A DNA stretch of 64,000 nt. It comes from Candidatus Marinacidobacterales bacterium. GTDB taxonomy: Bacteria; Acidobacteriota; Vicinamibacteria; Marinacidobacterales; SMYC01. Below, piece by piece: positions 1-18,030 of this stretch. Under the pieces are notes generated by a model. It was given only the letters and a program-made list of their open reading frames with translations. It did not search any database and was not told the origin of the DNA. Positions within the stretch are counted from its first letter, which is position 1. Every line of letters starts with the position of its first letter. The position numbers and the translations under genes are program-made. Where the stretch lies: positions 2,400,001-2,464,000 of the forward strand of contig OZ250169.1 of assembly GCA_965237955.1 (NCBI GenBank), given 5' to 3'.

Positions 1-810
1 CGAAGGGCCGCGCAGCCCCCTCCCCACTGGCAAGCAAGCTCTTCGACGAGACCGGGGACCGGCTGACGCCGAGCCACACCAAAAAGAAAAACGGGCAACG
101 GCTCCGCTACTACGTCTCCCGGCGCCTCATCCAGCACAGTGGTCAAAAGGACCTCTCCGGCTGGCGACTGCCCGGCCCCGATGCTGGAACAGACCGTCGT
201 GCATCTCATCCGACAGCATGTGGATGTCACGACCTTCTCGGCCTCGTTGATCCACACTCCGACGATGCAAGAGCTCGCCTCGGTGCGTCGCTTTTTAGAC
301 GGGCTGTGTTCCGATACTAATGATGATAGTGCCTCGGCAGCCCCCCTGCTCCGTCTTATCCGGCAGGTCGATATCAGCCCCGGCTCTGTGTCCATCCTGC
401 TCGACCGCAATGCGTTCGCTGATTGCCTGTCTATGGGACCTGACCGCATTCGCGAGGATGCACTCCGCATCCTCGCACCGTTCCGCTTGCGTCGACGCGG
501 CGTCGAGACCAAGCTCGTTCTGGGCAACCCCACGAAATCCGTCGACCGCACACTCCTGCGCAATATCAGAAACGCCCTCTCCTGGCTCGACCGAATCAAA
601 GCAGGCAAAACCTATGAGCAGATTGCCACCGAAAACGCCATCCCAACGGACCGCGTGCGCAAGGCAATCCGTTATGCCTTCCTGGCTCCCGACATCGTCC
701 GCGCCATTGTCGAAGGCCGCCAGCCCGTTGGGCTGACCTCGAGCTACCTCTTGCATCATCCGCTTCCCGACGATTGGGAGAAACAGCGAGTGCTCGTCAA
801 AACGCTGTGA
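1..810 (+). CDS. Large serine recombinase family protein, C-terminal part (5' end outside window; apparent frameshift near 172-175)
   Basis: Frame 3 from nt 3 reads SPLASKLFDETGDRLTPSHTKKKNGQRLRYYVSRRL...WRLP. It continues in frame 1 as APMLEQTV...RRRGVETKLVL...AFLAPDIVRAIVEGRQPVGLT...LPDDWEKQR, the typical C-terminus of this family. Confidence 0.8.
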
Positions 811-1610
811 GCCTGCCAGCGCCCACTTCGTGAATGGCCTCGGTTAGCAGCAAGCTGCTCTCCGACACTGGCCTCCACCAATCAGACTTAAACTGGCCCA
901 AATTCCCTGTCATGGTTTCCAGACTCGGATAGCTCCTTGTACTGGACCGTCTGCGGAGTCATCTTCGTTTCCTCCGTAAAACTCCGCTGGATGAATTCGA
1001 GGTTTGGCTAATTCGAATTCCGCTATTCGCCTTCTCCTCAGGCGCGATCTAGGCGTTGAGCTTCTTCTCATTGTCTGCACGATTAAGCGCAAAAACGTCC
1101 CGATAAGCCCCAAAATCGCCCCAAACTGCACGTTAATGGCCTGTTGTGCTCTGTTTCTGATCGTTTCCAGCCACGAACCGGAAGCTCCACTCGAGCCTCC
1201 CGACTGCGATAGCCGGAAAGATGTTCCCGTCGACGAACATTCGCTGATGAGACGTAAAGCCTTTTGCGGCAATGAGTAACGGTCGGAGCCGCCTCCGGAG
1301 GGTTTACGACACGGCCCTCTTTCAAGCGTCCAGGAGGTTGAGATTGCCGTACAAGACATTTGATTGAAGCAAATTCGATTCCGGCTCGGAACGAGCACCC
1401 GTCGATGAGATGTGCGGGGACCAGCACGTGGTTGCTTCCGTTAAGTCACTGTAAAAAAACAGGATAGAACGCTGTGGGCATCAGGGCTTCTCTGAGTTTT
1501 CGCTACATTGCCCCAACCACGCGCACGGCCAAAAGTTCGATCCTGACTCCCAAAATTGCCAAAATACCTTTTGCCGAGACCGGATGGCTCGAGACTGCAC
1601 CATCCGGGCA

Positions 1611-2036
1611 CTACCCGCGGATCCGCAATGTCACGTTGCCGGCAATCACGGTGTCGCCGTTTCTTTGCAGCCGCAGCCACACCGTGTAGGTTCCGGGGTA
1701 TCGATACTGATGGCTCGCGCTGAACCGGGTCTCGAGGTCCATGCCTTCTTCGTAAGGGTCGCAGTCCGGCGCGTACTCGGAGTCGGTATCGTCGTCCCAA
1801 TCCCAAACCTCGTCGAGGCAGTAGTACTTCTCGAGATCTTCGGTTTCGTCGAGATCTTCTAGTCGAGCACTGACACGGATGGTGACGACCGGGCGAGTCC
1901 GCTCGTTGGGCATGTATGGTCGCATGAACGTCGATCGAGGCGCTTTGAGCGTGAGCTTAGGCCCGTCGGCTCGAGTGGATGTGCTTGCCAGCGGGAGAAG
2001 GAGAACGGCGACTATAAGAACGATAATCTTCTTCAT
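1611..2036 (-). CDS. Secreted hypothetical protein with PKD-like C-terminal motif
   Basis: Signal peptide MKKIIVLIVAVLLLPLAS; WDWDDDT...HQYRYPGTYTVWLRL resembles the PKD signature. Confidence 0.65.
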   Translation of the reverse strand: MKKIIVLIVAVLLLPLASTSTRADGPKLTLKAPRSTFMRPYMPNERTRPVVTIRVSARLEDLDETEDLEKYYCLDEVWDWDDDTDSEYAPDCDPYEEGMDLETRFSASHQYRYPGTYTVWLRLQRNGDTVIAGNVTLRIRG

Positions 2037-2055
2037 CGTCCATCCATTTTACCAT

Positions 2056-4082
<2,027 letters not shown>

Positions 4083-4086
<4 letters not shown>

Positions 4087-5096
4087 GGGCCGCCGTTTCT
4101 GAGTCCGCCCCAACGGAACAAAGACGCACCGACGGTGAAGCCGGCGCCGACGGAGCTGAAGAGAATCAAGTCGCCTTTGTCGAGACGGCCGTCCTCGATC
4201 GCGTCGTAGAGCGCGAGAGGGATCGTCGCTGCGGTGGTATTGCCGAACTTGTGGATGTTCTTGACGACTTTCTCTTCGGGAAGCCCGAGCCGTTGACGCG
4301 CGGCGTCGAGAATGCGGACGTTCGCTTGATGTGCGATGAAAAGCGATACGTCGTCCGGGGTCAAGTCGTTTTTGCTCAGAAGAGACGTCGTCGTTTCGTA
4401 GGTCCGGCGCACCGCGTATTTGAACACTTGCCGGCCGTCCTGATGAACGTAGTGCATCTTTTGCTCGACGGTCTCCTCGGACGTCGGGTGCTGACTCCCG
4501 CCGCCCGGCATGTAGAGATATTGGCCGCCATACCCTTCGATTTTGTGTTGGTAGTCGATGAACCCGTGGTCGTCACCCTCGGCTGCCTCGAGGAGCACCG
4601 CCGCTGCGCCGTCGCCAAAAATGACGCAGGTGGCGCGATCCTTGTAGTCGACAATGCTGCTCATGACGTCGACGCCGACGACGAGCACGCGTTCGTGGGC
4701 GCCGCTCGCGATGAACTGAGAGCCCACGGTCAGCGAGTAGACGAAGCCGCAGCAGGCAGCGGAAAGATCGAATCCCCAGGCGCGCGACGCTTTCAGCTTG
4801 TCCTGCACCAAACACGCTGTCGACGGGAACATCATGTCGGGGGTGACGGTGCCGACGATGATGAGATCGACGTCGTCGGCGGTGATGCCGCGCCTGTCGA
4901 GAGCTTCCTGGGCGGCGGCAGCGGCAAGCTCGGAGGCGCCGGTCCCCTTTTCCACGATGCGGCGCTCGCGGATCCCGGTGCGCGCAAGGATCCATTGATC
5001 CGTAGTGTCGACCATAACCTCGAGGTCGTGGTTGCTCAGGACCTTGTCGGGCAGGAAACGACCAACCGCGGTGATGGTGGCGCGACGGAGCGTCAT
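4083..5096 (-). CDS. fabH: 3-oxoacyl-ACP synthase III
   Basis: [21 protein letters not shown] (catalytic Cys), [24 protein letters not shown]. Start chosen at MTLRR. Confidence 0.93.
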
Positions 5097-5353
5097 TGGT
5101 GGTGTGGCCTCCGAGGGTGCGATGACATAATCCCCCATCCTACGCCGGCACCTCGGTTCGGTCAATCCCTAACGGTACCTAGGACTTACGCCTTTTGGCA
5201 ACGCGCCCGTTCTTCGAACGGGCTGGCGCTCCGCTCGCTGCACGAGGCGGCGCCCGCGATCGGGCAAAAAGGCTTTCGGTTGAGCACCGGGCGCGAAAGG
5301 CATAATATGTAGGGTTTCACGACTAACTGCTTGAGCGCAGTAGGGATAACGAC

Positions 5354-6016
5354 GTGGCAGGAGCAGCTTTCTACGACCTCGATGGCACGCTGGTGAGCAC
5401 CAATTTGGTGCACGTGTTCGCGTTCTACGCGCGCAACGACCAGGGCATTCTGAAAAGCCTCAATCGCACGGCAGCGACGGTGGCGGGGCTGCCTCTGTTC
5501 TTGGCTGCCGACGCCTATAGTCGCAAAGTCTTCAACGACATTTTCTTCAAGTGGTACAAAGGCCAGTCCGAGGACCGGCTGCGCTATCTGTCCGAAGATC
5601 TGTTCGAGGAAGTCATTCGCCCCGCCGTGTACCCGGGCGCTCTCCAGCTGCTCGAGAAATCCCGCAGCATCGGCTTGCGCCAGGTGGTAGTGACCGGTGC
5701 GCTCGACATCACCATCCAGCCGCTGATGCGCTATTTGGGTATCACCGAGTACGCCGCCAACCGACTCGAGTTCGTGGATGGACGGGCGACGGGGCGGCTG
5801 AAGCCGCCGGTTATGGCGAGCGCGACCAAAGCGTCGTGGATCCGCACCTATTCTGAAAAAGAAGGACTCCCGTTGAACGACTGCTACGCGTACGCCGACA
5901 GCATGAGCGATCTGCCGATGCTGTCCGTGGTCGGACACCCTACGGCGACGAACCCGGACCTCAGGCTCAAGAGCACAGCCCTTCGCCACGATTGGCCGAT
6001 CGTGAGTCTTCAATAA
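5354..6016 (+). CDS. HAD-IB family hydrolase (ElbB-like)
   Basis: FYDLDGTL motif I, VVTG motif [13 protein letters not shown] motif IV; first gene of the elb-like operon. Confidence 0.88.
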   Translation: MAGAAFYDLDGTLVSTNLVHVFAFYARNDQGILKSLNRTAATVAGLPLFLAADAYSRKVFNDIFFKWYKGQSEDRLRYLSEDLFEEVIRPAVYPGALQLLEKSRSIGLRQVVVTGALDITIQPLMRYLGITEYAANRLEFVDGRATGRLKPPVMASATKASWIRTYSEKEGLPLNDCYAYADSMSDLPMLSVVGHPTATNPDLRLKSTALRHDWPIVSLQ

Positions 6017-7611
6017 TGCCGGTTCTCCGTAGAAAGCTCGACCCCGGTACGGTTCACATCGACACCGATTCCGCGCCGCGAGTCATTCAATTTGGCGAAG
6101 ACTTTTGGGAAGAGGACCTCCCGGTCGGCACCCGGGTGATCTACCCGAAGCCGCCGATACAGGGACTTCCGAACCCGCGCGGTGCGATCCGCCACGCCAT
6201 CAATCACCCGCTCGGCTGCGATCCGCTCCACGCGCAGCTGAAGCCGGGCATGAAGGTGACCATCGCCATCGATGACATCAGCTTGCCGCTACCACCGATG
6301 GTGACTCCCGATACCCGTCAGACGGCGCTCGAAGTGGTGCTCGAGCTTTTGTCCGACCATGGCGTCGACGACATCCACATCATCATCGCCAACTCGCTCC
6401 ACCGAAAGTTGACGGAAGCGGAGATGCGCCGGATGGTGGGTCGCGAGATCAAAGACGCGTTCTATCCCGATCGCTATTACTGCCACGACGCCGAAGAGCC
6501 CGATGGTCTCGTGAGTCTCGGCGAGACGCGCCACGGGGAAGAGCTCCTCATCAACCGACGCGCGTGTGAGAGCGATCTCGTCATCTACATCAACATCAAC
6601 CTCGTACCCATGGACGGCGGCCATAAATCGGTCACGGTGGGCCTTTGCGACTATCGCAGCTTGACGTACCACCATGAGCCGCAAACGATCATCGATTCCG
6701 ACGGCTACATGGATCCGGCGAAATCGGAGCTCAACCACAAGTGTGTTCGCATGGGTGCTCTCGTGAACGAGCACCTCAACGTGTTCCACATCGAGACGGT
6801 ATTGAACAACCGCATGTACGCCGACCAGCTCGATTTTCTCGGAAAGAACGAGGACGACTTCACTGAGCTCGACCGCATCAAGCTGAAGGCAACGAAGTGG
6901 TCGACGTCGAAGTTACCACGAGCGATGAAGCGATCGTTTCTCCACAACATCCCGTCGCCGTTCGAGATGATCGCGTGCTACGCTGGGCGAACGGATCCCG
7001 TACACGACAAGACTCTCGAGCGTTGCTTCGACCAATACGCGGTCAAAGTGAAAGGGCAGTGCGACATTCTGATCGTCGGTGTTCCCTACATCTCGCCCTA
7101 CAACGTGAACTCGATCCTGAACCCGCTTCTCGTCCAAGTGATGGGGCCGGGGTACTTCTTCAACCTCTATCGCGGCAAGCCGCTGGTACGCAAAGGTGGC
7201 GTGCTCATTCTCTGCCACCCGTGCTACGACGACTTCGATGCGGCGTTCCACCCGAGCTACATCGAGTTCTTCCACCGCCTGCTGCCCGAGACCAACGATG
7301 CGTTCACGCTTCGAGAGAAGTACGAAGAGGAGTTCGCTACCAACCCCAGCTACATCCAGATGTATCGGCAGGGAAACGCGTACCACGGTGCCCATCCTTT
7401 CTTCATGTGGTATTGGGGCGAGAACGGCCGGCGTCACGTCAGCAAGATCATCGCCGCCGGCGCCGAGAACTCGCACGTACCCGAGCTTTTGGGCTGGGAT
7501 CGCGCCCAGACGCTCGCCGAAGCCATCGCCAACGCGCGCTCTCACATGGGCCGCTCCGCCGAGATTACGATGTTGCACCTGCCGCCGATTATGATCCCCG
7601 AGGTTGAGTAG
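6016..7611 (+). CDS. LarA-like / DUF2088 domain protein (ElbC-like)
   Basis: [55 protein letters not shown] overlaps the HAD stop (TAATG). Confidence 0.8.
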   Translation: MPVLRRKLDPGTVHIDTDSAPRVIQFGEDFWEEDLPVGTRVIYPKPPIQGLPNPRGAIRHAINHPLGCDPLHAQLKPGMKVTIAIDDISLPLPPMVTPDTRQTALEVVLELLSDHGVDDIHIIIANSLHRKLTEAEMRRMVGREIKDAFYPDRYYCHDAEEPDGLVSLGETRHGEELLINRRACESDLVIYININLVPMDGGHKSVTVGLCDYRSLTYHHEPQTIIDSDGYMDPAKSELNHKCVRMGALVNEHLNVFHIETVLNNRMYADQLDFLGKNEDDFTELDRIKLKATKWSTSKLPRAMKRSFLHNIPSPFEMIACYAGRTDPVHDKTLERCFDQYAVKVKGQCDILIVGVPYISPYNVNSILNPLLVQVMGPGYFFNLYRGKPLVRKGGVLILCHPCYDDFDAAFHPSYIEFFHRLLPETNDAFTLREKYEEEFATNPSYIQMYRQGNAYHGAHPFFMWYWGENGRRHVSKIIAAGAENSHVPELLGWDRAQTLAEAIANARSHMGRSAEITMLHLPPIMIPEVE

Positions 7612-7620
7612 CCTCGAAGC

Positions 7621-11982
<4,362 letters not shown>

Positions 11983-11989
11983 ACCCGGA

Positions 11990-12982
11990 ATGCCTAAGAC
12001 ACTCATCACCGGGGCGACCGGGTTCCTCGGGTCACACCTGATCGATCTTCTCGGTCTTGAAAGGCGCCAGAGTCTTCGTGTTCTGGCACGGGAGAGCCGT
12101 CCCGAGGTCGACATCGAAGTGGTTGAGGGGTCGATTCTTGACTCCGAAGCGGTGGAGAAAGCCGTCGACGGCGTCGAGCGCATCTATCACTTTGCCGGCA
12201 AAGTATCTCGCCATCCCGACGACGTGCGAGAGCTCTACCGCGTTCACGTCGAGGGGACGACGACGCTTTGCCGCGCCGCCAAGAGCGCGGGCGTGAAGCG
12301 CATCGTGGTTGCGTCGACGAGTGGCACGATGGCGGTGACCGAGGACGGCGAGACGATTCCGGATGAAACCACACCGCCTCCACTCGAGCTCATCGGCGGC
12401 TGGCCATACTACACGAGCAAGCTCTATCAGGAAGAAGCCGCGAAACGCGAATGCGAAGGCGGTCCCGAGATCGTCATCCTGAACCCGAGCCTTCTTCTTG
12501 GCCCGGGCGATAAAAGGCTTTCCTCGACGGAAGACGTGTTGAGGTTTCTAGCCCGGGACATTCCCGTCATCCCTCCCGGTGGCGTGAACTTCGTCGATGT
12601 TCGTGACGTCGCCGAAGCATTTCGAAGCGCGATGGAAAAAGGCCTCTCGGGGGAGCGATATCTTCTCGGTGGCCCGAACTGGAGCTTCAAGATGTTTTTC
12701 GAGCGCCTCGAGCGCATCAGCAAAGTGAAGGGCCCCAAAGTGAAGCTGCCCGAGGCGATGTACTCGATCGCGGGGATGGCCGTCGACGCGTTCTACCGCC
12801 AGCTGGACAAAGCACCCCCCGTGGATCGCGTGAGCGTCGAGATGGGACGGCGCTTCTGGTACCTCGACGCCTCGAAAGCGGAACGCGAGCTCGACTTCCA
12901 CGCCCGAGATCCCTACGAGACCCTTCACGAAACCGTCGCTTACATCAAGAAAGAGCTCCTCGGCGCTTCCGTTCTGAGCTAA
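11990..12982 (+). CDS. NAD-dependent epimerase/dehydratase family protein (ElbE-like)
   Basis: ITGATGFLGSH, YYTSK (YxxxK), NFVDVRDVA, GERYLLGG. Confidence 0.88.
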   Translation: MPKTLITGATGFLGSHLIDLLGLERRQSLRVLARESRPEVDIEVVEGSILDSEAVEKAVDGVERIYHFAGKVSRHPDDVRELYRVHVEGTTTLCRAAKSAGVKRIVVASTSGTMAVTEDGETIPDETTPPPLELIGGWPYYTSKLYQEEAAKRECEGGPEIVILNPSLLLGPGDKRLSSTEDVLRFLARDIPVIPPGGVNFVDVRDVAEAFRSAMEKGLSGERYLLGGPNWSFKMFFERLERISKVKGPKVKLPEAMYSIAGMAVDAFYRQLDKAPPVDRVSVEMGRRFWYLDASKAERELDFHARDPYETLHETVAYIKKELLGASVLS

Positions 12983-13047
12983 AGGGCCCGCGCAAGAATA
13001 ACTTCACATTTTCGGACGCCGATGCATCCCGTCTGGCTGCGTTGCTC

Positions 13048-14138
13048 GCTGCCTTGGTGCACAACTCCGATAGAGGCCGAGAGCTCGCTTGGCCCCGACT
13101 CCCATCATCCGATCATCTCGCTATCAGGCATCCCGAGCGCCGTCATGGTGTTGAGAATCTTGCACCCGATCCTTGCCTCGACTCTCTGTGCCGCCAACCC
13201 TCTCGCTCGCATCGCTGAGCCCACGATAGCCTTGTAGCGATGGAACGTTGTCTCGACTTTGCTCCGTTTGCTGTAGCCCGATTCTGTGTGCCACTTTCGT
13301 TTGCCGAGCCGATCTTGTGCTGCAATGTTGCGATTGCGCTGTCGGCTGCTCGCCGGCCCCGATGCGAGCTGGGCGCCCTTGCGCGGCGGTATCAGCACCC
13401 TCGGCGAGCGATGAGCGCTGTGATTCTCGATCGCCTCATAGACGCCGCTGGCGTCGTATGCGGTGTCAGCTCTGGCCGATAAGATGGGACTGTCAATCTG
13501 TCCAACAAGCGATGCAACCCGCGATGAATCGCGGGCTCTTTTGCTCGTCAGCTCGCCGGCGACGACTTCGCCACTCTGCTCGTCGACACACAGATGGAGC
13601 TTGCGATAGTCCCTGCTCTTTGGTGCTCTGCGCAGCTGGCCGGCGTGGACAGCGAGACCGCTGCTGTCGATCAAGATGTGCAACGGCGTCTTCTGCTTGT
13701 CTTGGTAGAAGGGGACCTTACCCAGCTTCGCCTTGCGCCTCGAGATCGTGGTGTGATCGGGCACATCATTGTCTAGCTTCATCAGAGCGAACAACGATCG
13801 CAGCAATCCCTCGCTCTGCCTAGATGACAGATGAAACACCATGCCCAGGGTGACAGCCGTCTCGATGGCGTGGTTCGAGTACTTGCGTTGACGGCCCGGT
13901 TTCCTCCTCCTCGGCCGGGGCGCGTCCCAGTTCACAAGCTTGCCGGCGGTGAGCGAGATCCAGACGGTCAGGCTCCCACGGTTGCGTAGACCCGCCTCAT
14001 ATTCACGCCAATTCCTCACGCGATAGGCCTTCTTCACATACTTCCGCTGAGTGCGTTTGAAAATGCTCATGGGGAACCTCGAATCCGTGAGTAAAGGACA
14101 ATTGTGGACCGAGATCGCGAGTTGTGCACCAAGGCAGC
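13048..14138 (-). mobile_element. IS5 family (IS903-like) insertion sequence
   Basis: Perfect 20-bp terminal inverted repeats GCTGCCTTGGTGCACAACTC (13048-13067) and GAGTTGTGCACCAAGGCAGC (14119-14138) enclose a transposase. No target-site duplication seen. Confidence 0.88.
13105..14070 (-). CDS. IS5 family transposase
   Basis: YRVRNWREYEAGLRNRGSLTVW, PDHTTISRR, IDSSGL, RKLHL, ADTAYD, GYSKRSKVETTFHRYK. Confidence 0.93.
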   Translation of the reverse strand: MSIFKRTQRKYVKKAYRVRNWREYEAGLRNRGSLTVWISLTAGKLVNWDAPRPRRRKPGRQRKYSNHAIETAVTLGMVFHLSSRQSEGLLRSLFALMKLDNDVPDHTTISRRKAKLGKVPFYQDKQKTPLHILIDSSGLAVHAGQLRRAPKSRDYRKLHLCVDEQSGEVVAGELTSKRARDSSRVASLVGQIDSPILSARADTAYDASGVYEAIENHSAHRSPRVLIPPRKGAQLASGPASSRQRNRNIAAQDRLGKRKWHTESGYSKRSKVETTFHRYKAIVGSAMRARGLAAQRVEARIGCKILNTMTALGMPDSEMIG

Positions 14139-15865
14139 TCCCCGGCCTCTTCGTACTCGCCGACGATGATCCAGAAAACGTTCTTCGTCGCGTAACGGGA
14201 CACGAGGTAGCGAATGTAGCGCTGGTACTGCTCCTGGGTCTCGTACTCCTGGTAGCCTTCGTTGCCCCACGAGAAGAAGAGTCCCGCCACCATCCCACGC
14301 GCATTCATGTAATCGATCTTGTGGTCGATGAGGCGGAAGTAGTCCGGGTTCAACCAGTCGGTGTCGAACATCTCCCGGTCGGGATCCTGCACGCGGTAGA
14401 TCGGCCCGCTCTCGCTCGCGAGAAAGTCGTGCACGACGCCGTGAGCGTAGTTGAAGTGCTGCGCGGCGCGATCGTCGATCATGCTTTGGAACGTTCCGTC
14501 GAGAAATCTCAAGTTGTAGTACATGTGCCAGATCGTGTCGCCGAGGAAGAAGAACGGCTCACCCGTCCCCGCCCACTCGAAGGTATACGGAAGCGTCGGT
14601 GACACGCGCACGTAGCCTTGGCTCGTCGAAGCTTCGGCTACGAACGTTCCCGCCTTGCCGTGGAGGGAAGGATCGTTCGAGCTTACGCGCCAGCTCCACA
14701 GACCCGGCTCCGTTGGGAGAACGCGTACTTTGTAGAGTGCCCCGCCATCCCAAAAGCCGTCGATCCGGATCGTGCGCGTCGGACCTTCGAAGGTCGCTCT
14801 CAGGGAAATGTCAGTGTACGGGTTCTGGCGCGATGTCGACGACAGGAAGACGAGCTCGTGCTCGGTGTGCGTCGGGACGACGGCAGGATCGCCCGCTCGC
14901 GTCTCGAATCGCCGCGGGGCGCTCCACGCACCCCAACCGTGTGCGTTTCGAAGGCGCACGTGCGCGAAGTAGGTTGCGCCATCGGACAGCGGACCGCTCC
15001 GCACGTAAGGGTTCGCGCTCGGTACAAGTCCCGAGTCCCATACGATGGCTGAGTCGGGATCCGGCGTACTCGTAACCCGAGCGTGGTAGCGGGTGTGACG
15101 CTCGGACGCCCAATCGAGGATCGGCGTGAGCGTGTCAGCTACCGGGCGCGGGTTGTTGATGATGGGTTCCACCGGGGGCGCTCCCAAAGCGTAGATCTTC
15201 ACGTTCGAATAGACGGCGTCGAGGATGGCGTTGTTGCGCGTGTTGGTCCCGATACGGATGTCGTGGATGGCTGGACGGTAGGTGCTACGGTAGACGAACG
15301 GCCACCGATCGGTGTCGCGACCGTCGATGAAGAAACGGATCAGCCCGTCTTTCCATTCGAGGCGCATGCGGTACTTTTTCGATTCGTCCCACGGAAACGG
15401 GCCGACGGACGAATAGTCTTCGAACTGGTTCACGCCGTCGGTGTTCATGATGAGCTTGAGATGGTTGGCGAAGTACGCTTCCTCGTCGCGGCCGTTCCGT
15501 TGCAAGACAAACTTGAACGGGTTGAGGCGGACGTCCGGTGCATAGACGTGGCGGGGATCTCCGAACGACGCGTCGTACATGCTGAGGATCTGGCCCCGGT
15601 GGTTCTGCTCCCGGGTGTCGTCGAAACGGAGGCCGGTCACGTCGAATTCGATCGCTCCCGCCTCGATCGGTATCGCCGGGGTGTAGCGGATGTTGTCGGA
15701 CGCGCCGGTGACCCTCCAGCCACCGGCGACGAACTGGCCGGGACCGTTGTCCCGGACGCCTGTAGTCGTTCCACCAGTCAGCGGATCGTCAACGACCAAG
15801 CGTCCTTGAGCGCTGACTGAAGCGGCTATAAGTACATAAAACGCAAAGGCTTTGGGGGTTCGCAT
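14139..15865 (-). pseudogene. Secreted multidomain carbohydrate-active protein (lectin-like, FN3-like, DUF5060/DUF4038-like), C-terminally truncated by IS5
   Basis: Signal peptide; NPYTDISLRATFEGP...GFWDGG...PTEPGLW (DUF5060-like); GEPFFFLGDTIW, NPDYFRLIDHKI, YLVSRYATKNVFWIIVGEY (DUF4038-like). The frame runs into the IS end at 14138. Confidence 0.78.
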
Positions 15866-15982
15866 CGGCTCTTCGCTCCGTCATCAAAAGTCTTCAGACG
15901 GTAGCCCCGGAAGTGGAGCCTCGCGGTGATGTCGAGTGGGGGGGTTTAACCCGCAGGAAAAGCGTGGGGAAAACCCCACAAT

Positions 15983-16948
15983 TTAAGAGGACAACTCGAA
16001 GAGAGCGGGAAGTCGCCGGCGCCGCGCTTGCAGGAGGGCGCGCAGCAGCGGGAGATCCGAATCGTCGTTCGTCGTCCGCGGATAGAACTCTGGTTCGTCG
16101 TCGGCAACGGGGACAATCGGCCCTGAGAACGTGGGCCAGCCGAAGCTCAGCTCGGGGAAATCGCGACGGGGATAGTGAATGTTCGCCCAGCTTGCAGTGG
16201 GGTAAATGTAGTTGCCGTAGCCGGCGTCATCGGGCGCACGCCCCGAGGAGCACGACATCATCACGTAGGGCCAGCGGTTTGTGACTCGCCGCAGCATCCG
16301 GTTCACCCGCGGAGCACCCCAGCCTTTCCCGTGAGCTTCGACTTCGTTTCCGAGCTCGAGGAGCAGATTCGAAAGATCCTGGAACGCATCCACGACCTCG
16401 AGGACGTACTGCTCGGTCTCAGGGAAACGTCGGTAGAGAGGGCCTCTGCTTTCGAACTGCGTCACCAGGATGACGTACTCCAAGATGGCCCCGCTCGGAG
16501 CGAAGACGCGCTCGATCGTCTCGCGCACGGTACGGATGTGCTGCGCGGAGGGATGTAGCCCGCTGGCATCGACCGCGCGGTGTTTCGGGACGCGATCGAG
16601 AAGCGGGTCGGGCGGCCAAAAGGATGTGTTGGAGAAAACGCGGAAGACTTTGATTCCTTCGTTGAGTCCGCGCTCGACCCAAGCCATCCGCTCGTCGAGC
16701 GAGCGGCCGAAAAGACCAAAGCTCGTGTAGCCGTAGTAGTCGAAGTTGAACCGTCCCTGGATGACGAGCGGCCGGAACCCGGGATGCTTCGTTTCGTATT
16801 CTGGGCTTCGAAGGAGCGTTTCCCTGAGGTCGGCTTCGCTCATGCCCGCGTTCATGCGTTCGTTGTAGAACGACAGTCCACCGGCGTCGGGTTCGCGGGT
16901 GAGGATCTCCCGGTACGCGTCGGCGATGATGGGCGTGAAATCGGGCAT
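15983..16948 (-). CDS. DUF4214-like N-terminal module plus glycoside-hydrolase-like TIM barrel
   Basis: Start at MPDFTP overlaps the upstream stop (TGATG). AYREILTREPDAGGL...LLRSPEY; LLLELGNEVE, NIHYPR and PVADDEP resemble clan GH-A features. C-terminus looks disturbed. Confidence 0.62.
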   Translation of the reverse strand: MPDFTPIIADAYREILTREPDAGGLSFYNERMNAGMSEADLRETLLRSPEYETKHPGFRPLVIQGRFNFDYYGYTSFGLFGRSLDERMAWVERGLNEGIKVFRVFSNTSFWPPDPLLDRVPKHRAVDASGLHPSAQHIRTVRETIERVFAPSGAILEYVILVTQFESRGPLYRRFPETEQYVLEVVDAFQDLSNLLLELGNEVEAHGKGWGAPRVNRMLRRVTNRWPYVMMSCSSGRAPDDAGYGNYIYPTASWANIHYPRRDFPELSFGWPTFSGPIVPVADDEPEFYPRTTNDDSDLPLLRALLQARRRRLPALFELSS

Positions 16949-18024
16949 CAGGTCGCCTCGGCGAAGGCCTCGGTATTCACCGCGGCTCTCAACGAGTGGT
17001 ACGCGGGCTTCGGTGAGAAGTTCTCGTTCACGATCCCGAACCCACCGTTTCCTTGTCCGGGACCGTCCCAATAGTGAAAAAAGAAAAGACGTTGGACCCA
17101 GAGCTCTTGCTGAAGCGTGCGCAGACAGTCGTCGTAGTACTGGCGCTGGTTGCCGTCCGACGTCTTGCGGCCGGTCTCGGTGAGCCAGAACGGTTTGTCG
17201 TCGACGCCGTGATCGCGCATCTTCGTGCGAAGCGACGGTTGGAACAATCGGTCGGTGCGGAGCTCGACGATGGCGTCTCGTCCGTTTTGCGGATAGTTAT
17301 GGTGGTTGATGATGTGGATGAGCGACTTTGCGTTCATCGCCTCGTCGAACCAATCGCGCCAGCTCCCGACATTGGCGAGTCCGGGAGCGACCACCGAGGC
17401 GCTCGGAGCCAACTGACGCATGAGGCTCGCGCCCGGCTGCAGAATCTCAGCTCGATACCGCTCCATCGAGCCGTTCCAAAACTCTTCGATGTTCGGTTCG
17501 TTCCACGGCTGTCAAAACGCGACGCGATCCCGATAGCGCTCCACCGTCGCTCGCACGATGTCGGTCCAATACGTCGCCGACGCAGGGGGATCCCCGAGGC
17601 GAGGGTTCGATGGATTCGATGACGCCCACGCCGGCGTGTACGAGAGCGTCGCGAGGATATCGAGTCCCAAGCTGGTCGCGTGGCCGATGACACTGTCGGT
17701 GTCTTGCCAACGAAAGACGCCTTGGCTCGGCTCGATGCGGTACCAGTCGAAGTCCACGCGGATCCACCGGACGCCGAGATTGAGGGCGACGTCGTTCAGC
17801 ATCGCGTTCGTGGGGATGTGGACGTTCAGCCCTACGCGCGGCGCCAGCGGGACCAACGGGTTCTTCCGCGCGTACTCGTCGCTTCGAAGAAGCCCTTCGC
17901 GCATGTCGGCTTCGCTCATGCCCTGGCTCATGAGACGGTTGTAGTGCTCGAGCCCACCCGCGTCAGGCTCCCGTCGGAGAATCTCGACGTAGGCGTGGCG
18001 AATGATCGGCCGAAAGCTGGGCAT
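16948..18024 (-). pseudogene. DUF4214-like module plus GH5/GH39-like (clan GH-A) hydrolase with one in-frame TGA at 17512-17514
   Basis: ORFs 17512..18024 and 16948..17466 share a frame and read RVAF*QPWNEPN, probably from TGG. Motifs WIRVDFDW, WNEPN, HHNY, WLTETG. Confidence 0.78.
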
Positions 18025-18030
18025 GTTGCT

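Noticed and set aside
910-1427. ORFs downstream of the recombinase
   Set aside because: No motifs or convincing RBS, and the frames conflict.
17512-17514. Selenocysteine or TGA recoding
   Set aside because: The position fits Trp (TGG to TGA) before WNEP, and TGA is a normal stop throughout the window.
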